From an uncultured Bacteroidota bacterium (GTDB lineage: Bacteria; Bacteroidota; Bacteroidia; NS11-12g; UBA955): 35,873 nucleotides of DNA. The translations under genes and the position numbers were made by a program. Below the pieces are notes generated by a model. That model ran no database searches. It was not told the origin of the DNA and saw only the letters and a list, made by a program, of their open reading frames with translations. The stretch is from assembly GCA_903953615.1 (NCBI GenBank), contig CAJBKH010000027.1:1-35873 (forward strand), read 5' to 3'. Positions 35,744-35,873 of this stretch are shown piece by piece (within the stretch, counting starts at the first letter, position 1; the number at the start of each line of letters is the position of its first letter).

Positions 35744-35873
35744 CTACCGTTGGAAGGCCGCTTTGCGCTTATTCAGGAATGCATCCGTTCCTTCTTTGAA
35801 ATCGGCAGTACCAAATGATTCCCCGAATTCTTTGATTTCGGTTTTGAAGCCATCTTTACCATCTTGGAAATAA
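35744..35873 (-). CDS. C-terminal fragment (5' end outside the window) of an enoyl-CoA hydratase/isomerase family protein
   Basis: The minus strand reads ...YFQDGKDGFKTEIKEFGESFGTADFKEGTDAFLNKRKAAFQR*. The ...D.kEG..AF.eKR.p.F ending is typical of crotonase-fold enzymes. Confidence 0.7.
   Translation of the reverse strand, partial: YFQDGKDGFKTEIKEFGESFGTADFKEGTDAFLNKRKAAFQR

Noticed and set aside
1-35873. tRNA, rRNA, tmRNA or RNase P genes in the longer intergenic regions
   Set aside because: I noticed no T-loop-like GGTTCGAATCC-type motif, no cloverleaf symmetry and no rRNA-like conserved blocks. This is by-eye only, so tRNAscan-SE or Infernal should confirm it.

Overview
AT-rich chromosomal segment that looks like Bacteroidota. 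Supporting signs are a T9SS type-B sorting-domain tail, proteins that look like DUF3078 and DUF3108, a GxxExxY protein, RNase Y, exact TAnnTTTG -7 boxes upstream of many genes, and no Shine-Dalgarno signals. I call about 33 CDS, and most are ordinary housekeeping genes. These include dapD, a GT4 glycosyltransferase, a beta-CASP MBL hydrolase, fhs, LolE-like and LolD-like ABC components, and gltX. Also present are a stand-alone B12-binding MCM domain, rny, zapA, tsaC, a very short mscL, sucC, an L,D-transpeptidase and a NagZ/serine-hydrolase fusion. Many signal-peptide or beta-barrel proteins of unknown function are interspersed. I saw no rRNA, tRNA, CRISPR array, transposase or integrase. The most unusual content is a modular family of CATAAGT-box repeats, each ending in an A/T-rich hairpin. 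They are confined to the only two intergenic gaps longer than 1 kb (2139-3181 and 34372-35733). There they occur as direct, tandem and inverted copies that bracket small accessory ORFs: a membrane protein with an HWPGA motif, and a GxxExxY PD-(D/E)XK-type protein. This is my best candidate for something undescribed, possibly a non-autonomous cassette or a 3'UTR element family. I cannot show from sequence alone that it is a functional system. Secondary observations: an orphan Phd/YefM-like antitoxin followed by what looks like a decayed RelE/ParE toxin; a vWA membrane protein translationally coupled to a radical SAM enzyme; a secreted protein combining two GxxH motifs (EreA/ChaN/TIKI-like) with a C-terminal beta-barrel-like region; a catalytically degenerate TrpF-like protein coupled to the LolE-like permease; and nested long hairpins in the sucC/LolD-like divergent intergenic region.
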